A stretch of 64,000 nt of DNA. Origin: Spirochaetia bacterium. GTDB lineage: Bacteria > Spirochaetota > Spirochaetia > DSM-2461. The notes below the pieces were generated by a model. That model searched no databases. It was not told the DNA's origin and saw nothing but the letters and a program-made list of their open reading frames with translations. Numbering within the stretch: position 1 is the stretch's first letter; each line of letters starts with the position of its first letter. The DNA lies in NCBI GenBank assembly GCA_963668315.1, contig OY764216.1, positions 1,696,001 to 1,760,000 on the forward strand, written 5' to 3'. Of this stretch, positions 29,649 through 40,751 are shown in pieces. Made by a program: the position numbers and the translations under genes.

Positions 29649-30647
29649 TCAGGTTATCCCGGGGGAGACGGCCCGGATCGATGTCTGGAGCTTCACGGTA
29701 AGGGGAAAATCTTTTCTGTCCCCTCCGATCCTTCTGAGAAGCAGCTGGGCGGCCCGCCGGCCCATCTCGACCATGGGCTGGGCGACGATAACGCTGGAAT
29801 AGGGAAAGAAAGACGCCAGGGGCATGTCGTCAAAGGAGAGAATGTGGAGCCCCTCGTAGAGGGCGGAATTTTCCAGGAGGTAACGGGCGGCGCCCAGGTG
29901 CATGAAGTAGTTGGAAATAAACACGTAGCGGGGGAAATCACTCTGTTCCATGAGCTCCCGCATCAGCCGGTATCCGCTCTCTTCGTGGTAATCTCCGAAC
30001 AGGATATCCTTTTCTCTGGGGACCAGATTTCTCGCTGTCAGGGCGTCCTTATACCCTTCGTATCTTTCCCGCGCGGTGGAGAGATGGATGTCTCCACCGA
30101 TGAATCCGATTCTTTCCGCCCCCTCGTCCAGAGCCAGATTCACCGCTTCATAGGTTCCGCGGTAGGTATCGGCCAGAACGGCGTCATAGGCCGGATCATT
30201 TACGGTTCTATCCACCAGAACGAGGGGAAGCGGATCGGCTGTCCCGAGGTGATCCCCCCTGTCGCTTTCCGGAATGAGAATGATCCCGTCCACCCCCCTG
30301 TCCTTGAGTAGTTCTATCTGCCGGGCCTCCTCCGCTGTACTCTCCCGTGAGCTGCAGAGAATTACCGAATAGCCTTTACTGTTCAGTTCGGCCTCAATTC
30401 CCGTAACGATGTTCATGAAGAATTCATTGCTGAACTCAGGAGCTATCACTCCCGCCGTCAGGCTGCGGCTTGTCTTGAGGCTCTGGGCGACTCTGTTCAT
30501 GCGGTATCCCAGCTCTTCTATGGTGCGGTTGACCAGATCGACCGTTTCCCCTTTGACCCGGCTGTCTCCGTTGAGCACCCGTGAGACGGTCGCCGTGGAA
30601 ACTCCGGCTGTCCGGGCTACATCTTTGACGGTGGCATTCTTTTTCAT
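29649..30647 (-). CDS. LacI family transcriptional regulator
   Basis: TVKDVARTAGVSTATVSRVLN. Confidence 0.96.
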   Translation of the reverse strand: MKKNATVKDVARTAGVSTATVSRVLNGDSRVKGETVDLVNRTIEELGYRMNRVAQSLKTSRSLTAGVIAPEFSNEFFMNIVTGIEAELNSKGYSVILCSSRESTAEEARQIELLKDRGVDGIILIPESDRGDHLGTADPLPLVLVDRTVNDPAYDAVLADTYRGTYEAVNLALDEGAERIGFIGGDIHLSTARERYEGYKDALTARNLVPREKDILFGDYHEESGYRLMRELMEQSDFPRYVFISNYFMHLGAARYLLENSALYEGLHILSFDDMPLASFFPYSSVIVAQPMVEMGRRAAQLLLRRIGGDRKDFPLTVKLQTSIRAVSPGIT

Positions 30648-30686
30648 AAAACTTTTCCTTGCCAAATAGTTGAAAACATGCAAAAA

Positions 30687-30733
30687 TGTAATCGATTACA
30701 GTGGCTCTTTTGTTAGGATTGTAATCGATTACA
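30687..30733. promoter_or_regulatory. Two identical perfect LacI-type operators
   Basis: TGTAATCGATTACA at 30687-30700 and 30720-30733, between divergent lacI and fucI. Confidence 0.85.
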
Positions 30734-30767
30734 TTGAAGTTGTAAAGCTTTTTTCAGGAGTGTTTAT

Positions 30768-32570
30768 ATGGATATCAAGACGGTTAAAGCGGTAAACAGG
30801 CTTAAAGGCGATATGCCCAAGATCGGCATCAGACCCTGTATTGACGGCCGGGAGAGGGGAGTAAGAGATTCTCTGGAGGATCAGACGATGAATATGGCCA
30901 AGGCGGCCGCCGAGCTGATCTCTAAGAATCTCCGCCATCCCAACGGACTTCCCGTTGAGTGCGTCATCGCGGACAGTACCATAGGGCGGGTAGCCGAAGC
31001 GGCGGCCTGCGCCGAGAAATTCGCCCGGGAAGGGGTGGGTGTATCCCTGACCGTCTCTCCCTGCTGGTGCTACGGCAGCGAAGTGATGGATCAGGATCCC
31101 CTTATTCCCAAAGCCGTCTGGGGTTTTAACGGAACGGAGAGACCGGGCGCCGTTTTTCTGGCCGCCGTTCTGGCCGCCCACAGTCAGAAAGGGCTTCCCG
31201 CCTTCGGCATCTACGGACGGGATGTGCAGGATTCTACGGACACAACCATTCCCGAAGACGTAAAGGAGAAGATTCTCCGCTTTGCCAAGGCCGGACTGGC
31301 CGTTGCCTACATGAAAGGGAAATCCTATCTCTCCATCGGCGGATGCTCCATGGGAATCGCCGGTTCCATCGTTAATCAGGACTTCCTCCAGGAGTACCTG
31401 GGCATGAGAACGGAAGTTGTGGATATGACCGAGATCCATAGGCGTATTTCGGTCGGTATATATGATCAGGAAGAGTTTAGAATGGCCCGGGAGTGGGTCA
31501 GAACCTGGTGCAAGGAGCAGGAGGACACGGTTAACGCCCCCGAATACCGCCGCTCCGCTGAGCAGAGGGAAGCCGACTGGGATTACGTCGTGAAGATGGT
31601 GATGATCGGCCGGGACCTCATGATCGGAAATCCCAAACTCAAGGAGATGGGATTCGGCGAAGAAGCACTCGGGCATAATGCCATCGCTTCCGGTTTTCAG
31701 GGCCAGAGACAGTGGACCGATTTCTACCCCAACGGGGATTTCATGGAGACCATACTTAACAGTTCTTTTGACTGGAACGGTATCAGGGAGGCCTATGTCA
31801 TGGCCACCGAGAATGACCATTTGAACGGGATCACCATGCTTTTCGGCCACCTCCTGACCGACACGGCCCAGATCTTCAGCGATGTCAGAACCTACTGGAG
31901 CCCCGAAGCCATTGAGAAAGTCACCGGATGGAAACCTGAGGGCCTCGCCAAAGATGGCTTTATCCACCTCATCAACTCCGGATCCACCACTCTGGACGGA
32001 ACGGGACAGTGCTCCGACAAGGAGGGGAAACCTGTTATGAAGCCCTTCTGGGACATCACCGGCGAAGAGGTGGAAAAATGCCTTAAAGCCACGGAGTTCT
32101 GCGTGGGTGACGGCGGTTACTTCAGGGGAGGCGGTTACTCCTCGGACTTCCTTTCCAAGGGCGGAATGCCCTGCACCATGAGCCGTTTGAATATCGTCAA
32201 GGGACTGGGGCCTGTCATGCAGATAGCCGAAGGATGGACCATCGATATACCCCAGGAAGTTCACGACCAGCTGGATAAACGTACCAACCAGACCTGGCCT
32301 ACTACCTGGTTTGTTCCCCGTACGACGGGAGAAGGTGCTTTCCGAGACGTATACGAAGTGATGGCCCACTGGGGCGCCAACCATGGAGCCGTAAGCTACG
32401 GACATATCGGTGCCGATCTGGTGACTCTCTGTTCCATGCTGAGAATTCCCGTTTGTATGCACAATCTGGATGAATCGTCCCTGTACCGCCCCAGTGCCTG
32501 GGCCTCCTTCGGAATGGATCCGGAGGGCGCCGACTTCAGGGCATGCAAGGAACTGGGGCCCCTGTACTAG
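30768..32570 (+). CDS. fucI: L-fucose/D-arabinose isomerase
   Basis: [34 protein letters not shown]. Confidence 0.97.
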   Translation: MDIKTVKAVNRLKGDMPKIGIRPCIDGRERGVRDSLEDQTMNMAKAAAELISKNLRHPNGLPVECVIADSTIGRVAEAAACAEKFAREGVGVSLTVSPCWCYGSEVMDQDPLIPKAVWGFNGTERPGAVFLAAVLAAHSQKGLPAFGIYGRDVQDSTDTTIPEDVKEKILRFAKAGLAVAYMKGKSYLSIGGCSMGIAGSIVNQDFLQEYLGMRTEVVDMTEIHRRISVGIYDQEEFRMAREWVRTWCKEQEDTVNAPEYRRSAEQREADWDYVVKMVMIGRDLMIGNPKLKEMGFGEEALGHNAIASGFQGQRQWTDFYPNGDFMETILNSSFDWNGIREAYVMATENDHLNGITMLFGHLLTDTAQIFSDVRTYWSPEAIEKVTGWKPEGLAKDGFIHLINSGSTTLDGTGQCSDKEGKPVMKPFWDITGEEVEKCLKATEFCVGDGGYFRGGGYSSDFLSKGGMPCTMSRLNIVKGLGPVMQIAEGWTIDIPQEVHDQLDKRTNQTWPTTWFVPRTTGEGAFRDVYEVMAHWGANHGAVSYGHIGADLVTLCSMLRIPVCMHNLDESSLYRPSAWASFGMDPEGADFRACKELGPLY

Positions 32571-32642
32571 GTAAAGTCCCGATCCGTTCGTCATCTTGAC
32601 CTCCTTTTTCCGCCGTGATAACGTCAGAGAAAGGAGGATCAT

Positions 32643-33149
32643 ATGTCGTTTATCAGTATCGGAGCAGATGAAATTCAGGGGAACCTGATAAAAAGGATCC
32701 GCGATCAGTGGATGCTTATCTGCTCCGGATCCGAAGGAAAAGCCAATTCCATGATAGGAAGCTGGGGGTTCATGGGAGAAATGTGGGGGCGCGATACGGC
32801 GGTCTGCACAATCCGGCCCCAGAGGTATACCTATGAAATCATAGAACAGAATGCTGCCTATGCCCTCTGTTTTCTCCCCTCCGCCTACCGTTCCGTGCTG
32901 AACACTTTCGGCTCGAAATCGGGGAGAGATATCAATAAAGTGGAAGGCGGCCCTCTGACTCCGGCCTATAAGCACGGAACCCTCTATTATGAAGAGGCGG
33001 AACTGGTTCTGTTCTGCAAAAAGCTTTATGCTCAGGACCTAAGGGAAGAGTTATTCCTTGAACCCTCCATTGCAGAAACTTATTATGAAAAGAAAGACTT
33101 TCACCGTTTCTATTATGGAGAGATTCTGGAAGTCATGCAAAAGGAGTAG
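32643..33149 (+). CDS. Flavin reductase family protein
   Basis: NSMIGSWG, IRPQRYT, GSKSGRD. Confidence 0.88.
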   Translation: MSFISIGADEIQGNLIKRIRDQWMLICSGSEGKANSMIGSWGFMGEMWGRDTAVCTIRPQRYTYEIIEQNAAYALCFLPSAYRSVLNTFGSKSGRDINKVEGGPLTPAYKHGTLYYEEAELVLFCKKLYAQDLREELFLEPSIAETYYEKKDFHRFYYGEILEVMQKE

Positions 33150-33152
33150 GGG

Positions 33153-34127
33153 TTACCACTCCAGGAGAATCCCTCCGTAGGAAAGACCGGCGCCGAAGCC
33201 GCAGAGAATTATCTTGTCGCCCCTTTTCAGTTTTCCCTCTTTGTTAAGCTCATCAAGTGCGACGGGGATCGAGGCGGACGAGGTGTTGGCCGTCTTCTCT
33301 ATGTTCATGTGGAATTTGCCGAGATCGTATTTATTCCTCTTGCAGACAGCTTCAATAATGCGGATATTCGCCTGGTGGGGAACGATGTGGTCTATATCAT
33401 CTATGGTAAGGTTGGCTTTTTCCATAACCTCTTCAATCACATGGCCGATAGCCCGGACGGCGAAGAGATAGACAGCCTGGCCGTCCATTTTAAGATAGGC
33501 TTCCTTGCCGATTACGTCACCCTCTTTCAGGGGGAGGGCTGATCCGCCCAGTTCGCGGATCAGCTTGTCATAGCCTTCGCCTTCCGTATGAAGGGCGCTG
33601 ACCCAGGTGGATTTGCTGTCGTTTTCAACAATGGCGGCGCCCGCACCGTCTCCGAAAAGCACGCAGGTGGACCGGTCTGTCCAGTCGGCGATCCGGGTCA
33701 GAATTTCACTTCCGATGACGAGTATTCTTTTCGCCGTTCCCGCTGCGAGAAATCCCCGGGCCGTCTCAAGGCCGAAAATGAAACCGGCGCAGGCGGCGCT
33801 GACATCCATGGCCGCTGCGTTTTTTGCGCCCAGTTTATTCTGTACAATGGCGGCCGTGGCGGGAAAACCGTTATAGTCTCCCGTTACCGTGGATACGATA
33901 ATCATACCAATCTGAAGGGGGGTGATGCCCGCTTCATCCATGGCTTCTTTGGCCGCTTCCACGGCCAGGTCCGAACAGGCCCAGTCGTCGTCGGCCATAT
34001 GTCTCTGGTGAATTCCCGTGTGGGAGTATATCCATTCATCGGATGTATCCATCCTGCTGGCTAGTTCATCGTTGTGAATTATTTTTTTTGGTAGAAAGCT
34101 ACCCGTTCCGGTAATTACTGGATGCAT
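33153..34127 (-). CDS. fabH: Beta-ketoacyl-ACP synthase III
   Basis: AACAGF, LFGDGAGA, HQAN, NTSSAS, GFGAG. Confidence 0.96.
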   Translation of the reverse strand: MHPVITGTGSFLPKKIIHNDELASRMDTSDEWIYSHTGIHQRHMADDDWACSDLAVEAAKEAMDEAGITPLQIGMIIVSTVTGDYNGFPATAAIVQNKLGAKNAAAMDVSAACAGFIFGLETARGFLAAGTAKRILVIGSEILTRIADWTDRSTCVLFGDGAGAAIVENDSKSTWVSALHTEGEGYDKLIRELGGSALPLKEGDVIGKEAYLKMDGQAVYLFAVRAIGHVIEEVMEKANLTIDDIDHIVPHQANIRIIEAVCKRNKYDLGKFHMNIEKTANTSSASIPVALDELNKEGKLKRGDKIILCGFGAGLSYGGILLEW

Positions 34128-34309
34128 ATAATCCTCCTGCTCTCGTTCATAGCTGATAAAGTTTACCATTTTTCAGAGGCTCTTCCTATTCCCTGCTTTG
34201 ATATAACGCGTAAGGATTGTTATTATTTTGCACTAGTGTAGATACACTAACAGAAGCAGCGGGACGCCTCTGGGACGCTTAGAGACTCAATCTGTGTAAA
34301 TACGGTCTC

Positions 34310-34918
34310 TTAGCTCTTAATCCTGCCTGCCATCTCGCAGGTCCTCATAAGACGAAGGCCCAGGGCCTCGGACTCTTCAAGAATCGTCTCTTTTTCTAAT
34401 ACCTCACCCGGTTTAAAGGCATGGATTACCTCCTGGCTGAAGACGATGCGGTAACCAAGTGAGGAAAAGGCGGCCCTCATCGCGGCCGAGGTGAAGCCAA
34501 GGTTTTCCCGGTCAGGCTGTTCGCAAAGGGAAATAAGTCCGGCGTAACGGGGACGGCCGCTTTCAAGCTCGCTTACCCAGGCTGATCTATCCTTTTCATG
34601 GTACGACGTGAGGCAGTAGCAGCGGTCAATAAATCTTTTCATATCGGAGGAGACATTGTAGAAATAAGTGGGAGAGCCGGCAATGAGCGCATCCGCCTCG
34701 CGGAGGAGGGCATAGAGCGGCGTCATCCCGTCGCTGATGACGCACCTGTTGGTTTTGGCGCAGCCTTCACAGCCCGTACAGGCCTGGATTTCCCTGTCGC
34801 CCGGATAAATCAGGCTGGTTTCCCAGCCGGCGTCTCTGAAGGGGGTCAGCGCCCTATTAAGCAGGGCCGCTGTATTGCCGTTTTTCCTGCGGCTGCCCGA
34901 CAGGGCGAGGACCTTCAC
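34310..34918 (-). CDS. Flavodoxin-like iron-sulfur flavoprotein
   Basis: SGSRRKNGNT, CTGCEGC...C, GSPTYF. Confidence 0.88.
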   Translation of the reverse strand: MKVLALSGSRRKNGNTAALLNRALTPFRDAGWETSLIYPGDREIQACTGCEGCAKTNRCVISDGMTPLYALLREADALIAGSPTYFYNVSSDMKRFIDRCYCLTSYHEKDRSAWVSELESGRPRYAGLISLCEQPDRENLGFTSAAMRAAFSSLGYRIVFSQEVIHAFKPGEVLEKETILEESEALGLRLMRTCEMAGRIKS

Positions 34919-35436
34919 TGTTTCTCTTCGGAAAAGTAGCTGTCCACCGCCTGTGAACTGGCGGCGATAGGACCGCTGAATAGAACGGGTGGCGCGTCTA
35001 TGTTTTCCGCATTCATCATGGAAGCCAGCCTCTCAAGGGAAGAGAGAATCATATGTTTTTCCCAGTCCTCCAGTTTGATGAATTTTTCTGAGAAGTCTTC
35101 CTGCAGAAGGGATGGACGATTCTCAAGAATATGTAGAGCCTTTTCCGTCAGCTGGAGGTTGACCTTTCTTTTATCCTGAATGCTTCTTTGCCGTTTTGCG
35201 AAGCCCTGCTGTTCAAGGCGGTTGAGTATGGTCGTTACCGTTGCCTGAGACAGACTGACCTCTCGGGATATGATGGAAATAGGGCGGTTGGGGTCTTTCT
35301 GAATCTCCTTCAGGAGAATGAGCTGCGGGCCGGTCAGACCGTAGGTCTTTGTAAGTTTTTTAGATTGAAGATCTATGGCCCTGATGATTCTTCTCAGGGT
35401 TGAGACAACTTCGTCGGCTGTTTCATTTAAATCCAT
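34915..35436 (-). CDS. MarR family regulator, EctR/CosR-like
   Basis: LRRIIRAIDLQSKKL..YGLTGPQL, DKR; divergent from the osmolyte transporter. Confidence 0.88.
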   Translation of the reverse strand: MDLNETADEVVSTLRRIIRAIDLQSKKLTKTYGLTGPQLILLKEIQKDPNRPISIISREVSLSQATVTTILNRLEQQGFAKRQRSIQDKRKVNLQLTEKALHILENRPSLLQEDFSEKFIKLEDWEKHMILSSLERLASMMNAENIDAPPVLFSGPIAASSQAVDSYFSEEKQ

Positions 35437-35663
35437 AATTTAATTCTCATTACGTCATATTATCATTGACTACGAAATAATGTAAAGAACTAAATATATT
35501 ATAATACTAAATATTAGACATAGATGTAAAATAGAATAAAATAGAGTTAAAAATGCGTTATAAAGGGGTAAATAATGTTAGCGTAGGAAGCGTCATTCAG
35601 TATGACCTTGACTAAATATGATATAATAATTAGACTACTAAGCAAAAATACTTAGGAGTTAGA

Positions 35664-36608
35664 ATGAAGAAGTTACTATTTGCAGCCGTTGCTTTTGCTT
35701 TATGCTTTGGTTTTTCCCTTACCGCTGAGGGACAGCAGGACAGCGGAACGACAACTATCGTCTTTGGGGATGTTTCCTGGGACAGTGTTCAGGTTCACAA
35801 CCGGATTATGGCCTTTATCATTGAGAACGGTCTTGACGGTTATGAGGCTGATTTTATGGCCGGAGATACCCTTCCTATCATCAATGGAGTCATTCAGGGC
35901 GATGTGGATGTTGATATGGAATCCTGGCACTCCAATTTCCGCGATGTCTACGAAAAGGGCATCGCTTCAGGCGATATGGTTGATTTAGGGAAGAATATGC
36001 CCGACGGACCCCAGGGCTGGTGGATTCCCCGCTATGTTGTGGAAGGACCCGATGCGGTGGCTCCCGGTTTGAAGTCCGTTGCCGATCTGCCTGAGTACGC
36101 CGATCTCTTCACCGATCCGGAAGATCCGGGTAAAGGAATTGTCTACGGCGGTGTCGCCGGATGGTCTCAGCTTGAGATCTCCCAGAAAATATTCGATGAT
36201 AACGGACTGGAAGATTCCTATAACCTGGGAGTAGCTGGATCCGGTTCCGCCCTGGCCGGCACCATGGTGGGAGCCTATCAGAAGAAGGAACCCTGGATTG
36301 GGTATTACTGGGCTCCCACGGCCGTTCTGGGAAAACTGGATATGATAAGGCTCGCAGGAAGCGAATATGACCCGGCCGATGTGAATATTCTGGTGAACAA
36401 ATCCATGATGGAGAAAGCTCCCGAAGTGGTTGAGATTCTGAAAAACTATTCCACCACTGTTGATGATAACAACGAGTTTCTCGCCAAAATGGATGAGAAT
36501 GACTGGGATACCGAACAGGCCGCCGAATGGTTCCTTAAAAACAAGGAAGATGCCTGGACCCGCTGGGTTAGCGCCGATGTGGCAGCTAAGGTAAAGGCGG
36601 CCCTCTAG
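35664..36608 (+). CDS. proX: Glycine betaine/proline ABC substrate-binding protein
   Basis: Signal peptide, SWDS, GWWIPRY, YYWAPT. Confidence 0.9.
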   Translation: MKKLLFAAVAFALCFGFSLTAEGQQDSGTTTIVFGDVSWDSVQVHNRIMAFIIENGLDGYEADFMAGDTLPIINGVIQGDVDVDMESWHSNFRDVYEKGIASGDMVDLGKNMPDGPQGWWIPRYVVEGPDAVAPGLKSVADLPEYADLFTDPEDPGKGIVYGGVAGWSQLEISQKIFDDNGLEDSYNLGVAGSGSALAGTMVGAYQKKEPWIGYYWAPTAVLGKLDMIRLAGSEYDPADVNILVNKSMMEKAPEVVEILKNYSTTVDDNNEFLAKMDENDWDTEQAAEWFLKNKEDAWTRWVSADVAAKVKAAL

Positions 36609-36610
36609 GG

Positions 36611-37870
36611 ATGTCTGAGAGGAATATTCAGAATCAGCCTTCTGAAGATCTTCCTGTAAAAGAAGACGTTCCTCAGGTTCAGATAAAGGACCTGTGGAAA
36701 GTCTTCGGCAGAGATCCGAAGCGGGTATTGAAAAATGATCTTCGAACAAAAAGTAAAGAGGAAATTCAAAAAAAGACTGGCTGTATTGTGGGTATGAGGA
36801 ATGTAAACCTCACCATCAGGAAGGGCCAGTTTTATATACTGATGGGGCTCTCGGGAAGCGGGAAGTCCACTTTGATCAGGAATATCATACGGCTGGTTAA
36901 TCCCACCTCGGGATCGATAACTATTAACGGGCAGAATGTTACGAAAATGAGCAGCGACCAGCTGCTTCAGTTCCGCCGGAAAACATTCGGTATGGTTTTT
37001 CAGCATTACGGATTACTGCCCCATCTGACCGTGCTGGATAATGCGGCGTATGGTCTGAAGGTGCGTGATGTCCCTAAAGGGGAGCGTTACGCCCGAGCCA
37101 TGAGCACTCTGGAGACGGTCGGACTGAAAGGCTGGGAGGATTACTACCCGGGATCTCTCTCCGGCGGTATGCAGCAGAGGGTCGGTCTGGCCCGTGCCCT
37201 GGCAAATGACCCGGAAATCCTCCTGATGGATGAACCCTTCAGCGGCCTTGATCCCCTGATCAGAAGGCAGATGCAGGATGAGCTGGTGGAGCTTCAGGAA
37301 AAGCTTCAGAAAACCATTATCTTCGTTACCCATGATCTCCATGAGGCGCTCAAACTGGGTGACCGTATTGCCATCATGCGTAACGGTGAGGTCGTCCAGG
37401 AGGGAACTCCCGAGGAGATCGTCACCCATCCCGCCGATGAATATGTGCAGGAGTTCGTTCAGGACGCATCTCCCGCCAAGGTTTTAACCGCCGGATCCAT
37501 TATGGAACCGGCCAAAATTCTCCTATATGCCTGGGAGGGACCGAAAACGGCATTGACCCTTATGCGGTCCAACAAGCGTAAAGCCGCTTTCGTAGTGAAT
37601 AAGAATCATAAGCTTCTGGGTGTGGCCAAAGAAGAAACACTGGCCAGGCTTCTGGAGACGGAGGCCATCCCCGAAAAAATACCCCAGTCTGCCATCAGAA
37701 CTGTTCCCGTTGTGCAGGAGGATACCATTCTGGAAGATATGTTTTCCATCATCTCCGACAATCCCTACCCGGTTCCCGTAGTGAACGGAGAAGGACGGTT
37801 TATGGGACTTGTGACGACGGACCAGATATTTGAATCCATATCCCCTTCCGAAGGAGATGAACATGCTTGA
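36611..37870 (+). CDS. proV: Glycine betaine ABC ATP-binding protein with CBS domains
   Basis: MGLSGSGKST, LSGGMQQRVGLARAL, DPLIRRQMQDEL. Confidence 0.95.
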   Translation: MSERNIQNQPSEDLPVKEDVPQVQIKDLWKVFGRDPKRVLKNDLRTKSKEEIQKKTGCIVGMRNVNLTIRKGQFYILMGLSGSGKSTLIRNIIRLVNPTSGSITINGQNVTKMSSDQLLQFRRKTFGMVFQHYGLLPHLTVLDNAAYGLKVRDVPKGERYARAMSTLETVGLKGWEDYYPGSLSGGMQQRVGLARALANDPEILLMDEPFSGLDPLIRRQMQDELVELQEKLQKTIIFVTHDLHEALKLGDRIAIMRNGEVVQEGTPEEIVTHPADEYVQEFVQDASPAKVLTAGSIMEPAKILLYAWEGPKTALTLMRSNKRKAAFVVNKNHKLLGVAKEETLARLLETEAIPEKIPQSAIRTVPVVQEDTILEDMFSIISDNPYPVPVVNGEGRFMGLVTTDQIFESISPSEGDEHA

Positions 37871-38705
37871 TTTTCCCGAATTTATAGATATTCCCCTGGC
37901 AAAGGCCATCGATGCCGCCATGGAGTGGCTTCTTACCCATCTTGATGGTTTCTTTGATGCCGTCGGCTTTATCATCCTCCAGGTGGTGAACGGTTTCGAA
38001 TCGATATTTCTATTTGTTCCCTGGTTCATTCTCATTCCCCTGGCGGGACTGGCGGGATGGAAACTGGTGGGCAAATGGAAATCGGGGATCGCTTTTATGG
38101 TTCTGCTCATGCTTATCGGATCCTTCGGATATTGGGAGCTGGCCATGAGAACCCTGGCCCTCGTCATCGCGTCGGTTTTCTTTTCCCTGATCATGGGAAT
38201 CCCCCTGGGAATAAAGATGGCACGGAGCGACCGGGCCCAGGCCGTTCTTCAGCCCATTCTGGACGGAATGCAAACCATGCCCAGCTTCGTGTATCTTATC
38301 CCGGCGCTGATGTTTTTCGGAATGGGAAAGGTCCCGGCCATGTTCGCCACGGTCATCTATGCGGTACCCCCGGTTATCCGGCTTACCAATGTGGGGATCA
38401 GAACCGTCGATGAGGAGGCTGTGGAGGCATCCAAGGCCTTCGGCGCCACGCCCCGTCAGGTTCTGTTCGATGTGCAGCTGCCCCTGGCCAAACCTTCCAT
38501 TATGGTGGGAATAAATCAGACGACGATGATGGCTCTGGCCATGGTCGTCATGGGCTCCATGATCGGTGCGAAAGGACTGGGAATGGAAGTGCTTATCGCC
38601 ATCAGCCGGATCGAAGTGGGACAGGGGTTTGAGGCGGGATTATCCATTGTGTTCCTGGCCATTGTCATTGACAGGATAACCTATTCGTTTTCAGAGAAAA
38701 AATAG
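37863..38705 (+). CDS. proW: Glycine betaine ABC permease
   Basis: MQTMPSFVYLIP, EASKAFGA, GINQTTMMAL. Confidence 0.95.
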   Translation: MLDFPEFIDIPLAKAIDAAMEWLLTHLDGFFDAVGFIILQVVNGFESIFLFVPWFILIPLAGLAGWKLVGKWKSGIAFMVLLMLIGSFGYWELAMRTLALVIASVFFSLIMGIPLGIKMARSDRAQAVLQPILDGMQTMPSFVYLIPALMFFGMGKVPAMFATVIYAVPPVIRLTNVGIRTVDEEAVEASKAFGATPRQVLFDVQLPLAKPSIMVGINQTTMMALAMVVMGSMIGAKGLGMEVLIAISRIEVGQGFEAGLSIVFLAIVIDRITYSFSEKK

Positions 38706-38771
38706 AAAATCAGGCCGGCCGGATGATTACGTTATCCCCGGACGGTCCTGGACATTACATAAGGAGTAATT

Positions 38772-38981
38772 ATGGCATATGTTAAGATAGAGAATGATGA
38801 GCCCCTGGAGAAGGGAATTAAGAGATTTCGCAGGAAAGTGGAAAAGGAAGGAATTATCCGCGAATACAAGAGGCGCGAATATTACGATAAACCTTCTACT
38901 ATCCGTCATATAAAGGAGAAGGCAAGGCAGAGAAAGGAACTCAAAAAACGCCTCAAGAACCAGAAGCGGAATTCCTATTAA
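38772..38981 (+). CDS. rpsU: 30S ribosomal protein S21
   Basis: [21 protein letters not shown]. Confidence 0.96.
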   Translation: MAYVKIENDEPLEKGIKRFRRKVEKEGIIREYKRREYYDKPSTIRHIKEKARQRKELKKRLKNQKRNSY

Positions 38982-38995
38982 TTCCTTGCCCCCGG

Positions 38996-40621
38996 TCAGG
39001 GTTCCCTTTCCGAGTTCTTGTTTAATTCCAGGCGGGAATATTCCCTGGCCACATCGGATGAGAAGAGCAGATCGTGCAGCCGGCTGTCCAGTTCGTTGCC
39101 GTCTGCCATCTTCTTGATTATTTCCAGAGCCCGGCTCCATTCAATAGGCTTTCTGTAAGGCCTGTCCCTTGCCGTCAGGGCCTCAAATATGTCCGATACG
39201 GCAATAATCCTTGCCTGAAGGGGAATCTGATCCTCCTTCAGACTGCGGTGATAACCGGAGCCGTCCAGCTTTTCATGATGCATGGAGGCGTACTCCGACA
39301 CCATGGACAGGTTGGCGGGGAAGGGCAGCTTATCCAGTATCTCCTTGGTCATAGCCACGTGGTTCTCTATGATCTTCCTTTCCTCTGCCGTCAGGGTACC
39401 CCGGCGTATGGAAAGCTTCTCCCTTTCCCCTTCCGTAAGGTAAGGGTACGTCTCCCCGTCCAGGATATAGGTCTTCTCCCCGATCTCATTCAGACGGGTC
39501 AGCCTGTCGTCATCCATATATTCGCTGGGCATATTGCAGCTCACCACAAATTCGCGATCGGCCCGTATCTGCCTTTTTTCCTCCTCCGTGGAGGCAATCT
39601 CCTCTATCAGCCGGAATCGGTTATTAATCAGCTCAATACGGTCTTCGAACAGTTCCAGCTTTGTCGCCTTGTTTACCAGATTGTCCGGTGTGGTCAGCTT
39701 TCCTATGTCATGGAGCCAGGCAGAGATGCGTATCTCTTCCATCTCTTCATCGGTAAAACAGACATCTTTAAAAGGACCTTCCTTCGCTTCGTTCACGGCC
39801 TGGGTGATCATCATGGTCAGCGTCACGACTCTTCGTATATGGTCTCCCGTATAGGGGGATTTCTTATCTATGGCCGAGGCTATGCTGCGGATAAAAGCAT
39901 TAAACAGTTCCCTCAGCTGGTCGGTCAGCTGCACATTGTTCAGAATGGACGCCGCATGGGCCGTCAGGAGGGAGATGAGATTCTCATGGTTTCTGGTAAA
40001 GGACACGGGACTTCCCGTCTTTTTGTCCTGGGCGTTGATCAGCTGAATGACGCCGATCATTTTTCCCTCCAGATCCTTCATGGGCATGACGAGCATGGAG
40101 TGGGAACGGTAGCCCGTGCTGCTGTCGTATTTTCTCGTTCCGGAAAAGTTATAGTTCTCTTCCTTGTAGACATCGGGTATGTTGATGGTCTTGCAGCTCA
40201 CGGCGCAGCTGGAGCAGACATTTTCCCAGTTGGGCTGTCCGTCCCGGTAAAGGGGCACGGAAGGCAGTTCGATCGGGTTGCCGCTGGTTCCTCCCTGCCG
40301 AATTCCCCGGGAGTTGGTATGCATGATGGCAAAGTCCAGTTCCTCGTTTTCCCGGTCATAAAGGTAAAGGGTTCCCGCATCGGCCGCCGTCAGGGACTGG
40401 CATTCATCCAGAATCAGTTCGAGAAGTTCATAGACCGATGAACCGCGGGACAGCACTTTTCCTATGAGGGCATAGGTTTCGTAACCCTGGCGGCTCTCTT
40501 CCAGATCCTGCGCCGTTTCTGCCTGAAGCTCACGGAAATTCCTTTTTGCCTTTCTTTCCCTCAGGAAGAAAAAAATGAGAACGATAACGGTTGTACACAG
40601 AAGGGCATTGATAAACATCAT
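38996..40621 (-). CDS. Membrane-anchored GAF + HD-GYP phosphodiesterase (start may be 40678)
   Basis: GAF region, LHDIGK, HHEKLDGSGYH, DRPYR. Confidence 0.9.
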   Translation of the reverse strand: MMFINALLCTTVIVLIFFFLRERKAKRNFRELQAETAQDLEESRQGYETYALIGKVLSRGSSVYELLELILDECQSLTAADAGTLYLYDRENEELDFAIMHTNSRGIRQGGTSGNPIELPSVPLYRDGQPNWENVCSSCAVSCKTINIPDVYKEENYNFSGTRKYDSSTGYRSHSMLVMPMKDLEGKMIGVIQLINAQDKKTGSPVSFTRNHENLISLLTAHAASILNNVQLTDQLRELFNAFIRSIASAIDKKSPYTGDHIRRVVTLTMMITQAVNEAKEGPFKDVCFTDEEMEEIRISAWLHDIGKLTTPDNLVNKATKLELFEDRIELINNRFRLIEEIASTEEEKRQIRADREFVVSCNMPSEYMDDDRLTRLNEIGEKTYILDGETYPYLTEGEREKLSIRRGTLTAEERKIIENHVAMTKEILDKLPFPANLSMVSEYASMHHEKLDGSGYHRSLKEDQIPLQARIIAVSDIFEALTARDRPYRKPIEWSRALEIIKKMADGNELDSRLHDLLFSSDVAREYSRLELNKNSEREP

Positions 40622-40751
40622 TACTGCAATTATAGAAAAAAACTTGCCTTTTTGCCTCCATATTAGTATTTTTTCCATGAAAAATCAAATTAACACCAAG
40701 GGCCTCCCCAAATGACATCTCAGAGGCCCGTGATTAGGAGAATATCGCCCC

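Noticed and set aside
30729..32975. 748-aa minus-strand ORF
   Set aside because: Antisense shadow of fucI; no recognisable motifs
39074..40441. 455-aa plus-strand ORF
   Set aside because: Antisense to the HD-GYP gene
40690..40720. Possible CIRCE element upstream of htpG
   Set aside because: TTAACACC only weakly resembles one arm and there is no second arm
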